A DNA stretch of 63,932 nucleotides, the filler included, from Neolecta irregularis DAH-3 (lineage: Eukaryota): NCBI GenBank assembly GCA_001929475.1. It is 5 parts of 5 records of this genome, joined end to end, with 100 filler letters (N's around TTAATTAATTAA, not from the genome) between each part and the next. Parts side by side here need not be neighbours in the genome. Positions count along the whole stretch, not along the records: positions 1 to 26,001 come from LXFE01001045.1; 4 more parts are not named here. The stretch is one strand, 5' to 3'. Below the pieces are notes generated by a model, which was not told the origin of the DNA, did not search any database, and was given only the letters and a program-made list of their open reading frames with translations. Below are positions 13,383-25,033 of the stretch, piece by piece. Position 1 is the stretch's first letter. Each line of letters begins with the position of its first letter. The position numbers were made by a program, and so were the translations under genes.

Positions 13383-15460
13383 ATGATTGTCGATGACCAC
13401 GGCCACACATCAGATACTCTTGGCGGCTTAAATATCACGAATCTCACAGAGGCAGACGATCTGGATGCTTTGGGAGGGCAGGGCGACCAACAGCAGCAGC
13501 AGCCGCAGCAACAGCAGCAGCAACAGCAAGCTCCAAAACGAAATTCACTTGCCGCATCTGCATTTAGATCTGATAGTGCCACTCGGTCGTTTAGGGTTCC
13601 CCCGCCTCTAGATCGCCACCGTACTTTACCCTATTCAAATGGGAATGGATACTATCAATCCCACCGTGCGAGCCAACTGAGCCAACATTCGCTATCCTCA
13701 GTGTCAAGTCAAGGTAGATTAGACTCCACCTCCACCCGTCTCGTTTCTCAAAAAGAAGACTGGACAGATAAAGGTGCCGCTGTAATTTACAAGATTGAAA
13801 AGAATCCATCGTCGGATGAACAGGCTACTAAAATTATCAAAAAGGGCGTTAAAGACTTTAATTTTGGAAGAACTTTAGGCGAGGGATCGTATTCTACTGT
13901 ACCCACCCCTTCCTTTTTTTATATTTTTATTTTTATTTTCTAGAGTTGACCAGGTAGGTTGTAGCTGCTACAGATCGACAGACTTTGAAAGAATACGCTA
14001 TCAAGATCCTTGACAAACGCCATATAATCAAGGAAAAGAAAGTCAAATATGTCAATATTGAAAAGAATACGCTCAACAGATTGGGAGATCATCCTGGGGT
14101 CGTCTCGTTATATTACACTTTTCAAGATGAACGGAGTTTATTCTATGTTTTGGATCTTGCTGCCAATGGCGAGTTACTTGGAGTTTTAAAAAGGGTATGT
14201 TGCATTATGATAGGATTGTTGTGGATGGTTTAGTTGGGATCATTTGATGAGGAGTGTACGCGATACTATGGAGGGCAGATACTTGATGCGTTGGATTATA
14301 TGCATACAAAGGGCATTATACATCGCGATTTGAAGCCTGAAAAGTACGAGTTGGGTGGGGTTTATGCTTATGGGGGTAGTATCTTGTTGGATGAACATAT
14401 GCGGATAAAACTTACTGATTTTGGCACTGCAAAGATATTGGACCAAAATGAAGGAGAATCACAAGATCAGGCTCGTGCGAATTCATTTGTTGGGACGGCA
14501 GAGTATGTTTCCCCAGAGCTTTTAACCGATAAAGCAGCTTATAAAAGGTAAGAATGATTTATTCATGACTAACTTCTAGTTCTGATTTGTGGGCTTTTGG
14601 ATGTATCATTTACCAGCTGTTGTCTGGCCGTCCTCCGTTTAAAGCGTCAAATGAATACCAAACCTTTCAAAAGATTGTTCATCTGGATTATAGCTTTCCA
14701 CTTGGGTTTCCTGCTCATGCACGAGATTTAGTGTCCAAGCTTCTTGTGTTGGATCCCAAGGACCGGCTTACGATTGAGGATATCAAAAAGCACGAGTTTT
14801 TCGCTGGTGTTGAATGGGGAAGAGCTATATGGAAGGCCAATCCACCTAAATTGCGGCCGCACCGTCCTGATACTATAATTCGACTGTCTGGATACCCGTC
14901 TACTGCGTCACTGCCTATTCTTTCTGCGCATTCTAGCATGTCTACCAAGATTGGCAATCTTGGTCTTCAAAGGCAGTCTTCTGAAGGACGCTTGTTGGGA
15001 AGCCATGGGGAGCTGGCGTCGCCTCCGTCAACGCTTGATTTGGAATGGACGCATCTTCTTTTGCACAATGAGCGAATACTGCGGTTTGGGAATGTGATTG
15101 TGTCTTGTGGAATGTCTTGTACTTTGACACCGAATAAACTGGCCAAGCGTCTACTTCAGCGCAAGAAGGTACGAACGCTGTTGATAACGAATGGAGGACG
15201 GGCATTTTTTGTGTATCCGGATAAGAAGGTCAAGGCAGAGATTGAGTTGACGCCGGCGACAATGTTTTTTGCAAAGGGCAAGACGTTTACGATTGAAACG
15301 GTATGGGGACTGGGCAAGACGTTACTAATAGCAGCCTGAAAGAAGTTTTGTGTTTGAAGATCCTGCGGGACGACCGTTTGAATGGATAGAGAAGCTTGAG
15401 GAGGCGAAGAAGATTGCATGCAAGAACCCTGTGTTTAATGGGAGTATTGAGGTTGTTTGA
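13383..15460 (+). CDS. PKH1: PDK1-family Ser/Thr kinase (Pkh1/2, Ksg1-like) with poly-Q N-terminus and C-terminal PH-like region
   Basis: DFNFGRTLGEGSYSTV, EYAIKILDKRHIIKEKKVKYV, HRDLKPE and RANSFVGTAEYVSPELL. Confidence 0.93.
13488..13530 (+). repeat. CAG/CAA trinucleotide tract encoding poly-Gln
   Basis: caacagcagcagcagccgcagcaacagcagcagcaacagcaa, in frame within the kinase N-terminus. Confidence 0.85.
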
Positions 15461-15641
15461 ATGGGGCGGGGATACTTTTGAATTATACAGCAGGAGCGTA
15501 GGGAGTTGCATTGATGGATTCTGGTAGTATTGATGTATTTCTAAGAATGTCTATCCCATATGATGATCTATGGCAACGATCCGAGGCATACGATGATGTA
15601 CGCAACGATCTGACGAAGACACAGATACAGACAGATACAGA

Positions 15642-15980
15642 CTAGTGGTCGAGGTGGAGGGGGACGGACGAGCCAGCAGGGAATCCGCTGCGGTACAGTT
15701 TTGGGACAGCGCGGAAGGGACGGGGCGCGGGGAGCATCGGGTCGTCTCTGAAGCGCCACCTGGAGTCGTCGACTGGGTCAGTTTGGCCGTGGCGGGAAGT
15801 ACTTTTAAGGACAGAGGCGGCAGTCTTTGTGGGGATGCGCGGGACGGGAGCGCGGCGGGCGGGGCAGGGGCTCGTGCTGCGGGGCAGGGCGGGTGCGCTT
15901 CTGTCGCTTGTGGGAGTCTTTCTGAGAGGGACGCCGTTGTGGATGGCCAGTAACAGTGCAGACCTGTCTGGTGTGGTCAT
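15642..15980 (-). CDS. VRP1: Minimal verprolin/WIP (112 aa): WH2 domain plus C-terminal WASP/Las17-binding motif
   Basis: DRSALLLAIHNGVPLRKTPTSDRSAP (WH2) and DDSRWRFRDDPMLPAPRPFRAVPKLYRSG...SSVPLHL, the typical fungal verprolin C-terminus. Confidence 0.8.
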   Translation of the reverse strand: MTTPDRSALLLAIHNGVPLRKTPTSDRSAPALPRSTSPCPARRAPVPRIPTKTAASVLKSTSRHGQTDPVDDSRWRFRDDPMLPAPRPFRAVPKLYRSGFPAGSSVPLHLDH

Positions 15981-15984
15981 GGGA

Positions 15985-16360
15985 TGGAGTATGGGAGTAT
16001 TAGTACTGGAGTAGTGGTGTTGGTGTATTAGTGCTAGAGTATTGTACTGGAGTAGTGGTGCTGGCGTATTGCGCTGGAGTATTGCACTGGAGTATTGTAC
16101 TGGAGTATTGCACTGGCGTATTGGACCGGAGTATTGCACTGGAGTAGTAGTACTGAGTATTTAGACGTAGTACTGGAATATTAGTCCTCCAGTATTAGTA
16201 CTCCCACCATGGACGGAGTATTAGTACTCTCCAGCATTACTACTCTCGCATTAGTACTCTCGTATTAGTACTCTTGTATAGTACTCTCGAATAGTACTCT
16301 CGAATAATACTCATATAGGACTCCCGCAGGACTCTAGTATTACTACTCGCCAGTATTGCA
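15985..16360. repeat. Degenerate array of AGTA(T/C)T-containing ~13-14 bp units in the divergent VRP1/TBC intergenic region
   Basis: ctggagtattgcactggagtattgtactggagtattgcactgg on the left half and tactctcgcattagtactctcgtattagtactc on the right half. Confidence 0.85.
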
Positions 16361-16362
16361 CC

Positions 16363-17595
16363 ATGGACGAGCCCCGCAGCGACTCGGTCCAGGACGCATC
16401 CTTGCGGGTGCGCTCTGCATACAGCCAGCCAGACTCGGGCGCCCTGGAAGACTGGCAGGACCTCGACCTCGCCCACATCGACAGGTGCGGTCCGCCGAAT
16501 CTGCATCTGACGCCAGGTACGGCTTCTACCAGAACGGCCTTCTCGAGCCCCGGCTCACACCCCCCCGCGAAGCACAGCGCTCCCTCAAGTGGACAGCAAT
16601 GGCAGTCATCGCCCACTCAGACCCAGGCACCACCCACTTTTCCTTCCCAAAATCCCCCAAAGTACCTGCCGCTGCCCTGCATATGCTTACTCCTGCTCAC
16701 ACACCGCACCTTCAAGGGCATCCCAGACTGTTGGCGCGCATCCGCATGGCACGCTTTCCTCTCCGCCTCCGCCTCGGCATCAGCCCATAACCGCAAATCG
16801 GACGCAGAGCTGGCTTGTTTATACAAAGTCTACATCGCAACCCCGTCAATCTACGACGTCCAAATAGACCTCGATGTCCCGCGTACAGTCCAAGGCCACG
16901 TCCTCTTTCGCCATCGCTATTCAGGCGGCCAACGCCTCTTATTCCAAGTCTTGCATTCCATCTCCTTGATGTTTCCTCATATCGGCTATGTCCAGGGAAT
17001 GGCCTCCCTAGTAGCCACTTTACTATGCTACTATAACGAAGAATCCGCTTTTATAATGCTCGTCCGCATGTTTCAGGAACGCCATCTAGATAGGTTATAT
17101 GAACCTGGCTTTACAAGTTTAAAATCTATATTTGAAGATTTTAATTCGAAATTGTCCACCCGGAAACTTGGAAAGATATTAAATTCGTTGGGTATCCTTT
17201 CATATTATCTTTTTTGTTTATTTTAGGTATTCACCCGTCCATTTATTTGACTACTTGGTACCTTACTTTATTCAATTACTCGGTCCCATTTCACACTCAA
17301 CTTCGTATGTGGGACATTTTCATGCTACTAGATGATCCAGATTCTCTTCTTCAAGCTACTTCTCTAGCTCTCCTACATTCTCTCAAACGTAAAAATAAAA
17401 AATTGTTTTTTGCTAATGATAGATCAATTGGTAAATGCAGATTTCGAAAGGGCGATGGATTTGTTGAGTAAACGCGTTCTTATTGAAAATGACGATGTCT
17501 TGATGAGAAGGGTTAAAATTGAGTTGAATGCTATTGAATCCGAATCTATTCGCAGGAAATTTGCCATTAGATTTGATAGGTTGAGGGAAAGTTGA
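16363..17595 (+). CDS. TBC-domain Rab GTPase-activating protein
   Basis: DR|YGF, KGIPDCWRASAW, QIDLDVPRT (catalytic Arg finger), GYVQGM (Gln finger) and LRMWDIFML. Confidence 0.9.
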
Positions 17596-17623
17596 AGTTG
17601 ATCTCTGATCATTGATCGTTGGT

Positions 17624-17836
17624 GATTCGTTTATTCTTGATTCATTCGATTTTTTAATCTCGATGCAATCGATAGATTTTATTATAGGGTTCGTATTGGA
17701 TCTGTTTCAGTCAATTCGTTATCTTGGACTGATTCGATTCGTTTATTCTTGATTCATTCGGTTTTTAATTTCGACGCTATCGATTGTTTTTATTCTAGGG
17801 TTCGTATTGGATGTTTCAGTCGATTCGTTTATTCTC
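17624..17836. repeat. Imperfect tandem duplication, period about 112 bp
   Basis: gattcgtttattcttgattcattcg...agggttcgtattggat occurs at 17624 and again at 17736. Confidence 0.8.
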
Positions 17837-18539
17837 GTATTTTCGTTCATGATGGGATTCCTTTTCTGTCTCTTGCTTTCAGTTGGGTGGACTGAATTTG
17901 TTTGCTTCTTCGACGGACTGATTCGATTCTCTTCTTGGCATCAATAGGCTCATTCGATCCGTTATTTCTTCTAGATTCGTTCGATTAATTATCTTCAATG
18001 GACTATTGGCTGGGTCGTTTTTCTTCGGATTCTTTCGATTCGGTCTTCGTTTCTTTTGTTCATTTGGCGGATTCATTGATTGGATTATCATCTCTGGGAT
18101 TTGTTTACTCTTGTTCTTATGTCCTTTTATCTTGGTTTATCTCAGTCTATGATTATAATCGATCTGTTGTCTCTCTTGGTTTTGGTTTAACTCTCTTTGT
18201 TCTGTTTCATTCTGCTCTTTCATTCTATTCCTTCATTCTACATCCTTTTCCTTGCCACTCAATTTACCATATGCAATCCTCCACTCTTTTCGGGTTTCTC
18301 TCTTTCATTGTGGGTGGATGGCGTAGAGTAGGGTTCTATCGGCGTTTTTTGGTGTTTCCTTCTTCCTAGACCATTTGTATATCTAATTATCAAGTATCCT
18401 GTCCGCTCGTTCAGTTTTTATAATCACAAGCTAATGCAACAATTGTCAATTAGTTACACTGCTAACAAAAATGTTCTCATCCCACCAAATAGGTTGAATC
18501 CTGCAACTCCATAGTATAACAAAGAAAACCAAATTAGGC

Positions 18540-21500
18540 TCACCGATATCCCATCTTCAATGCATATTCTTCCACTTCTTGAGATGTAAGTTTATCTTGC
18601 CCATTCCAATTTGCAGAAGAACTTCTCGGGCGGAATTTCGCCGCTTGATTCTTATTTTTAAAGATTTCATCCATTTGGAGGGGACCTATTGGACCAAAGA
18701 TTTCGTCGGGATCCCGTTTTTGTTGTTGACGTAGCGCGGCACGGAGTTCGGGAGAATTTGCCCATGAAGGAAGAACTGGTTTCTCTTTCGGTTCATCCTC
18801 AGAGTCACTGTAGCTAACATTCAGTACAACAGACAGTAGTGCTATACTCTGAATCTATCTCTGGTAGTTCAATGTTCTCGGAAGGAGGGAATGGTGGTGC
18901 TTCCCCTGCAAATTTGATTGTCTCCGTAGAGAATGTAATCCCTTCCACATGAGGCACCTTTGAGGACCCTCCTTGAACTCGGAATTTATTGCTCCCAGCT
19001 ATTTTATTAAAGAATGGCATCTTGGACGTGTCGTGTTTCTTGATACCCGAGGTTCTCATTGGCTTCCCGGAAATTGAGACTTTCTTCGGAACAGCAATTG
19101 GATTGTTTGGTGGGGGTAGCGGTATCTGCTCGATAATATCTTGTGTCTTTCGACGCTTGGCGTCTTGTTGGACAAACCGATTAACAACATCGGTAGATGG
19201 CGGTTTCCCCAAATCTTCCACAGACGACTCGGGCGGAAAGTTTCGTTTGAGAGCAGTAATCGACTTCTCTTCAGGAGGGTCTTGAAGGTTTATCTAGTAT
19301 TTAAAAAACATAAAAAATGGTTAATACAATAGACTTGGATGTCATTGGACGCAAAGACTTTTGTGCAGATACGGCCTGCTCAAATTAGTCCATTATTATC
19401 ATTGATCAACCTTTTTCGGAGATGCCACTGGTCTCTTTTGCTCGTCAATCTTTTGCAACCTCTTTACTTCCACCGCCTTCCTTTGCTCGGCCTTTCTTTC
19501 GCGTTCAGCTTGCTCCTGATAATAAGCATCTATGATTCAAACCTGGCTTACCCTCTTCTTTGCATTAGAAGCAGCAGTCAACGACTTTATCACTTTGTTG
19601 CCGGCTTTGTATGTACAGGGGCGATCACTACCATTCGAGGCAGCGCTGTCTGGACGGGTGGGCTCCTCTGAAGATCCCCTTCTAGCCTGAGACGAAGGAC
19701 CAAGAGCGGCGTTCTGATCATTAATTTAATCCTTCTATTCGATACCTTTCGTTCCATCTCCCTTTGACTTGCAGTAGCAACTCGCATAATGGTTTTCGTC
19801 TTTTGGGCTGCAGCTTGACGAGACGCCATTCTTGTTGCCATCTTTGGTGCTTGACCATAAGTCGAAAATTCCTGAGATCGCTCAAGTTTAAGAATTGGCT
19901 CTATTTTCCTCGGACTTTTTCGAACTTCATTTGAAGTCATGATTTGTTGTTTCTTGGGAGGCATTGCTCGTTTCGTTTGAGGTGAACATTTAGGCGATGA
20001 TCGAGGAGACTTTTCGTCGGCATTTTTCATCACCACATCAAACATCTCTTGAGAAGGGTAGAGTGAGTCATTCGAGGAAGGAACATCATCCGCTTTTGGT
20101 TCATCAAGCTCCATGGCATTGACATGAGGGTATAGTTGATCTTTTCTATCCAGCGCTCCTACAGAATGTTCGTCCTTTGAATCACTGAGAAGCTCTTTCG
20201 CCTTACGAAGGCCCTCAGCTGCGCGTGCTTTAGCTGCATTGAAAGCCGCCGCCATACGACTCGGACTGTTTGGTGTCTTGGCTTGCTTTGGTGCCTCGAA
20301 ATTTAGACGCGGGACGCTAGATACTGCTATTTTGAGAGTTGGGTCTTTCACAGGCGTGCGCAACTGAGGGAGAGATGGAATTTTCGTGGGGGACTTGAAC
20401 TTCGCTGGACTTGATGTAGTTCCTAGCATCAATGGCGGTTGAGCTTCATAATATGATGTAGGTCCTAGCATTGGCGGTCGAGCTTCAGATTTTGATATAG
20501 CTTGCACTTTATATTTGGATGGACTCGATGACTGTGGACCTTCTGCAGTAGCCGAAAGCTTGGGAGCCAGCGAGTAATCTCGCGTTGGTATCCATTCGCC
20601 ATCATCAGAAGTAAAATGTCCAAGTGAAGGTTCATCTTTTTGCACATTTGATTTGGCCGGATTTTTGTTATTAGCATTCATCTGGTTAATCTTTTGGTGA
20701 AGTTGCATTCCTGCCGAAGTAAACTTATCCTTGAGACGTTTCTCTTTCAATTGACGTTCCTCGTCGATGGCTTTGCTCGGTGAAGGGGCCTTCTGAGGGG
20801 ACTGGGTTCGAGGGCGGTTTTTCGGCAGACTCTTAGTTACAGCCAATTCTGGGCTGAGTTGGCATGATGAAGATTTAAGCGTTCTCTGCGTCGATTTTGG
20901 AGATAGGTAAACTGACACATCATTCGAAGTAGTAGTGATATCACTTTGTGGCTCTTCTTTTGATTCTGTAGGTGTCTTGGATTGTTCTGTCGTAGATCTA
21001 GAAGCACTTTGAGACCCTACAGATCCACCCCTTTCATTCAGCAGCGACTGGTTATCAAGATTATTAAGAATATCTGGTACTGTGTCTGAATTTTTCATAA
21101 TCATTTCGTCCATGGATTTCTTGGCTTCAAAGGTCTTGCGTTTAACTGCTTCAATCCTCAAAGATTCCACAAAAGAGGCACGTTCTGATTGCCGAGAACC
21201 CGGTGCAATTGAACGTTTAGTGTTGATTGGTTCTCGTGGTGGTAATGCAGCAAAGGTAACCCGTGACACTGGATGATCTTCATTATGTTTCTCCTCGACT
21301 TGTATCCGTTCGGTACGAGCGAATTTTACTGAAACAAGCCCTGACAAAGGTGGATGGTCTTCAGCTTTACTCGAGATATCTATGTCCTGATCAGGAAAGG
21401 GGTTGACCGATAAAATATCCTGTAAGACTGGCATTTGAAGAGGTGAGGGCTCATTGATTTGCGTCATTTCAATATCCTGCCGAGTTTCCTCGACAAAAGT

Positions 21501-22184
21501 TTCTTGAGTTGACACAACATTTAGATGCTTGGTTTGCGTGCCTACGAATCCCGCTCTTTGCGGTTCTTCAGGTTGTTGTGAATCATGAAGATCATAGTGA
21601 CTGGTTTCCGCATCGACAAATGTCTGTTGAGTGGACTGAATCTCAGAGGTCCCCAAAGGCGTGAGAGATTGAGTCGCATTAGATCGCGCCAGCGTAAAAA
21701 TAGCCTCAGGTGCTGTATACATAGTGGTAGATTGTTCTTTAACGGCATCTTCCTCTCCTTCGTCTTCGTCGATAACGTCCATTGGCAACGCTTCAGCAAT
21801 TGGTTGGTGAGTATCCTCCACAGAATTGATACTTTCTGTATCTCCCATAATACCGAGGTCCGTATCGCTCCCATTTTCAGAAAGGCCAGTCATCCTGAAA
21901 GGCTTATCAATAAGCATGGCATTATCGACTTGAGCAGGCGGAGCAACAGAAGCAAATTTATAGATATCGGGAACAGCAGGTGGTTCAATCTCCAGGCTTT
22001 ATAGGTTATTATCGCTCTTGTGGAAGGGAAAGTACGAAGGATTGTCATTGATGTTTGCATTAACAAAATCCCTTATCCACTCTGCGCTCTCCAGACATAG
22101 TAATTGGAAGTCAACCGTACGGTCCCCGCATAAGCCCGTTATCGCTTCAAGCTCTTCAGCTATAATCTTCGAACCTTGAAGCAT
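18540..22184 (-). CDS. INCENP (Pic1/Sli15-like) chromosomal passenger protein
   Basis: Long low-complexity S/P/K-rich body, a coiled-coil segment, and a C-terminal IN-box: ELPEIDSEYSDSED...PSWANSPELRAALRQQQKRDPDEIFGPIGPLQMDEIF...FRPRSSSANW. Confidence 0.9.
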
Positions 22185-22844
22185 TGTCGAAAGAACTATA
22201 TCCGCATTAGCACGGATCTGCTGCGATAAAGTTGGGCTGAATGGTTATGTTTTGGTGGACAATTGACCCTATCGAATTCACGAGTTTCAAACGAGCGTGA
22301 TATTCGGTAGACAACACATGAATTGTCAACATGTAAAAATATTATTAATCAAAAGACAAGAGATCTATAACAAGAATATGTATAATTACCAGAGGTCTCA
22401 TCTCTTAATATGGCAGCCGCAACTTGATATTCAACGGCAATAAGCTCGGCGGCGATTTAACCGACACCCCCCGAAACCCGCCACCAAAAAGAAAATTGCG
22501 CGACACATATATTTGTCTACCCAATGTTCTATTCAAAGTTTAGCTGCCATTCAAACATGCAGCTATCAATACTAGCTCTTTCTAATGCCTTTTATGTTTT
22601 TTTAGCTTTTAATTCTGGTGCTCTAGCTAGAAATTTTGCCTTTTGTTGAGCAGCTTCATCAATTGCCTGTTGAATTTTTCAATATTGGCAAATCAGCTAT
22701 TGGGTCAATTAGAACCCTTTTCCATACCTTGTCATGAACAACCATGGTAGCATGCAGGGCAAAAATATGTCAACAAGCAAGTTTATTACTACATTATGTA
22801 TATAATTCTTTATATTTATCCAAATATTGGCAAGAAGAAACTGA

Positions 22845-23180
22845 CAGGCGGGAGGGCAAGACGGGAGGGCCAAACAGGCATGCGAGACAGGAGCACGAGG
22901 CGGGTGCGTGAGGCGGGCAAAATGGGAGCGTGAGGCAGGAGAGGCGGATAAGGCAAACAAATCAGGTGAGCTGGAGAGGCGTGCGAGGCATGCGAGTGGG
23001 AGAGGCATGCGAGTCGGGTGAGACAGGAGGATGAAGCGGGAGAGGTGCGCGAGGCACTCGAGGCGGGCGAGAGAGCCGCGTGAGGCGGGAGAGGAGGTCA
23101 AGACGGGAGAGTGAGAAGGGAGAGTGAGAGAGGAGAGACAGGGGACGCGGGAGGGACGGGCAAGAGAGGCAGGAGAGGGC
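22845..23180 (+). repeat. Purine-rich low-complexity GAGGC/GGGAG repeat tract, probably internal to a transposon remnant
   Basis: Many gaggc/gcgag/gggag units, with almost no T on the + strand. Confidence 0.7.
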
Positions 23181-23204
23181 CAGGCTTATATAGTATTATC
23201 TCAT

Positions 23205-23306
23205 ATCACGTGAAAAAGCCCGTCTTGGCCTTTGGGCCTTTGGGCCAGGCTAAGCCCACGGGCTTTTCGTGGGCCGGCCTAAGCCCATGGCCCGTCCTCA
23301 ACACTG
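23205..23306 (-). mobile_element. DNA-transposon (hAT-like) terminus with subterminal GGGCC repeats
   Basis: The reverse strand begins CAGTGTTGAGGACGGGCCATGGGCTTAGGCCGGCCC. It has an internal inverted repeat aaaagcccgt/acgggctttt and resembles 40034-40100. Confidence 0.55.
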
Positions 23307-23307
23307 C

Positions 23308-25033
23308 TCACAGATCGCTGGGTGCTTCTGTAACACCCTGAGCAGCCACATCCTTTTCTAGTAGCTTGGACATAATTTTCCCCTGCTTCTCATGATGACG
23401 CTTCAAGGCATTCCCAAATAATACAAAGAAGACATATGCCGTAACCATCATGATATGTCCAAAGTACTACACCATCAGTTGCAACCCAAATTGGCTATCT
23501 TACAGCAGTACGTCTCAAGGCTATCATGCTGGCCCACCCGCGGACCAAATAATGTGACCGAGTTGCATATCTCATCAGCAGTTGGACATTGAGTATGCAG
23601 AGGCCGGTGTAGATCATCATTGACTTCTTCTCCGATCCGTCTTTGTTCAAGAAGAATGGCCGGATACACTGCTGAAACCCTTCACAATCAACAAAATGAA
23701 AGTCTCAGATAGTATACTCCCAGAAAGCCCTTGCAACCCGGTAACAGTAGCAAACGTGATGAAATACCCAGCACTAACCCCATGCCATGCGGCACTAGCA
23801 AAGTAGGTCGCGCATAAAGCCTCGATGCCTGGTTTCTTCCAAGGTGTCACGCGGGTGTAAATGTAGTATTTGAGATATCGATGAGTGGAGGAATTCCAAT
23901 ATTTCCAGAACTCTGATACCGTCCCTGCCAAGTGACAACGCCAGAAATCAAAAGTGGGGATTTTATTCCAGTCATACGAGCCATCTGAGTGAATTCGAAA
24001 TGAGAGGCCACTCGAAGTCATAGATGATTCAATGAGAAGGGCCATAGAGAAGAACTTGAAACAATCACTTTGGCCGATTATGAATTGGATAAGAATTCTG
24101 TGCAATCAGTCTTGATAACGAGTTGATGATTACCGCCGCAGCAAGGATTTTTGGCCGTACTTCTTTCCCACTACTATATATGGGCTATATTCATCGCGAA
24201 GCTTGTACCAAAGCACGAAAAGGAAAATCGCACAAGCTAGTCTACGAAGAGTTCTCCAGACAGTTGAGGGAGTACTCTGAGTTTTCCAATTTTGATATAT
24301 GGCATATTCGAAAGCAGGAAAAAGCATCAGTGCTTGCGGACACATTGCCCATCCAAGAAAGTTCATTGGGCTCGGAATCTGGATTGCATGTTCTCTGTGA
24401 TATGGAATCAGCTCCTGGAAAGCTGTTAAATTGTTTTGCTAAACATGCAACCGAACCTTTGCCGGCCGACGACCGTCATGAACATTCCATGCAAACATGA
24501 TCATTCGTTGGTATGTAACCATGAGCGGAGTAATAGCATTTGTAGATTGTCCTATGTAGGCTCTGTAGTGACTAACGGGTCAACTGAATTCACTAGATAT
24601 GTCCTCGTACAAATACATTAGCAAGGTGCTCTGAGCAAAGAAATTAACCCAAGGCATATTTTTTCCTTTGCACATGTTACAGATCGTATATGTTAATAAC
24701 ATCGAACAGCCAACCAAGGCAAGCGCGTCATAAAGGTCAAAAATGATCCAGAAGAACGACAATGAAAGCCTGAGATGTTACCTTTGCCAAACCAGAATGG
24801 AAATTACAGAATATTCGAGATATCCCAATACTTTCTCGGTATGAACTTCCTCTGGAAGAATCCAAATATGGTGCTGATAATAGTACATATTATATACCGA
24901 AGATAGATGCCATCGAGTGATGAAATTACAGCCAAACGATCGATGGATCTTTCCCGAATAGAAGGAATAAGGCCGTCTCATATAATTTGGGAGCGCATCT
25001 AGTTGAGGTGTCAGACCCATTTAGGACTGCCAT
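23308..25033 (-). CDS. MBOAT-family acyltransferase (divergent Ale1-like lysophospholipid acyltransferase)
   Basis: FWKYWNSSTHRYLKYYIYTRV...TYFASAAWHGVSAGYFITF (catalytic Asn and His), plus NMPWVNF and hydrophobic exons. The 5' end is uncertain; stop codon at 23308-23310. Confidence 0.8.

Noticed and set aside
15985-16360. CRISPR-like array
   Set aside because: Degenerate short units without unique spacers, no cas genes, and a eukaryotic context.
22709-23341. ORFs of 130 and 76 aa
   Set aside because: Artefacts of the low-complexity, stop-poor repeat tract.
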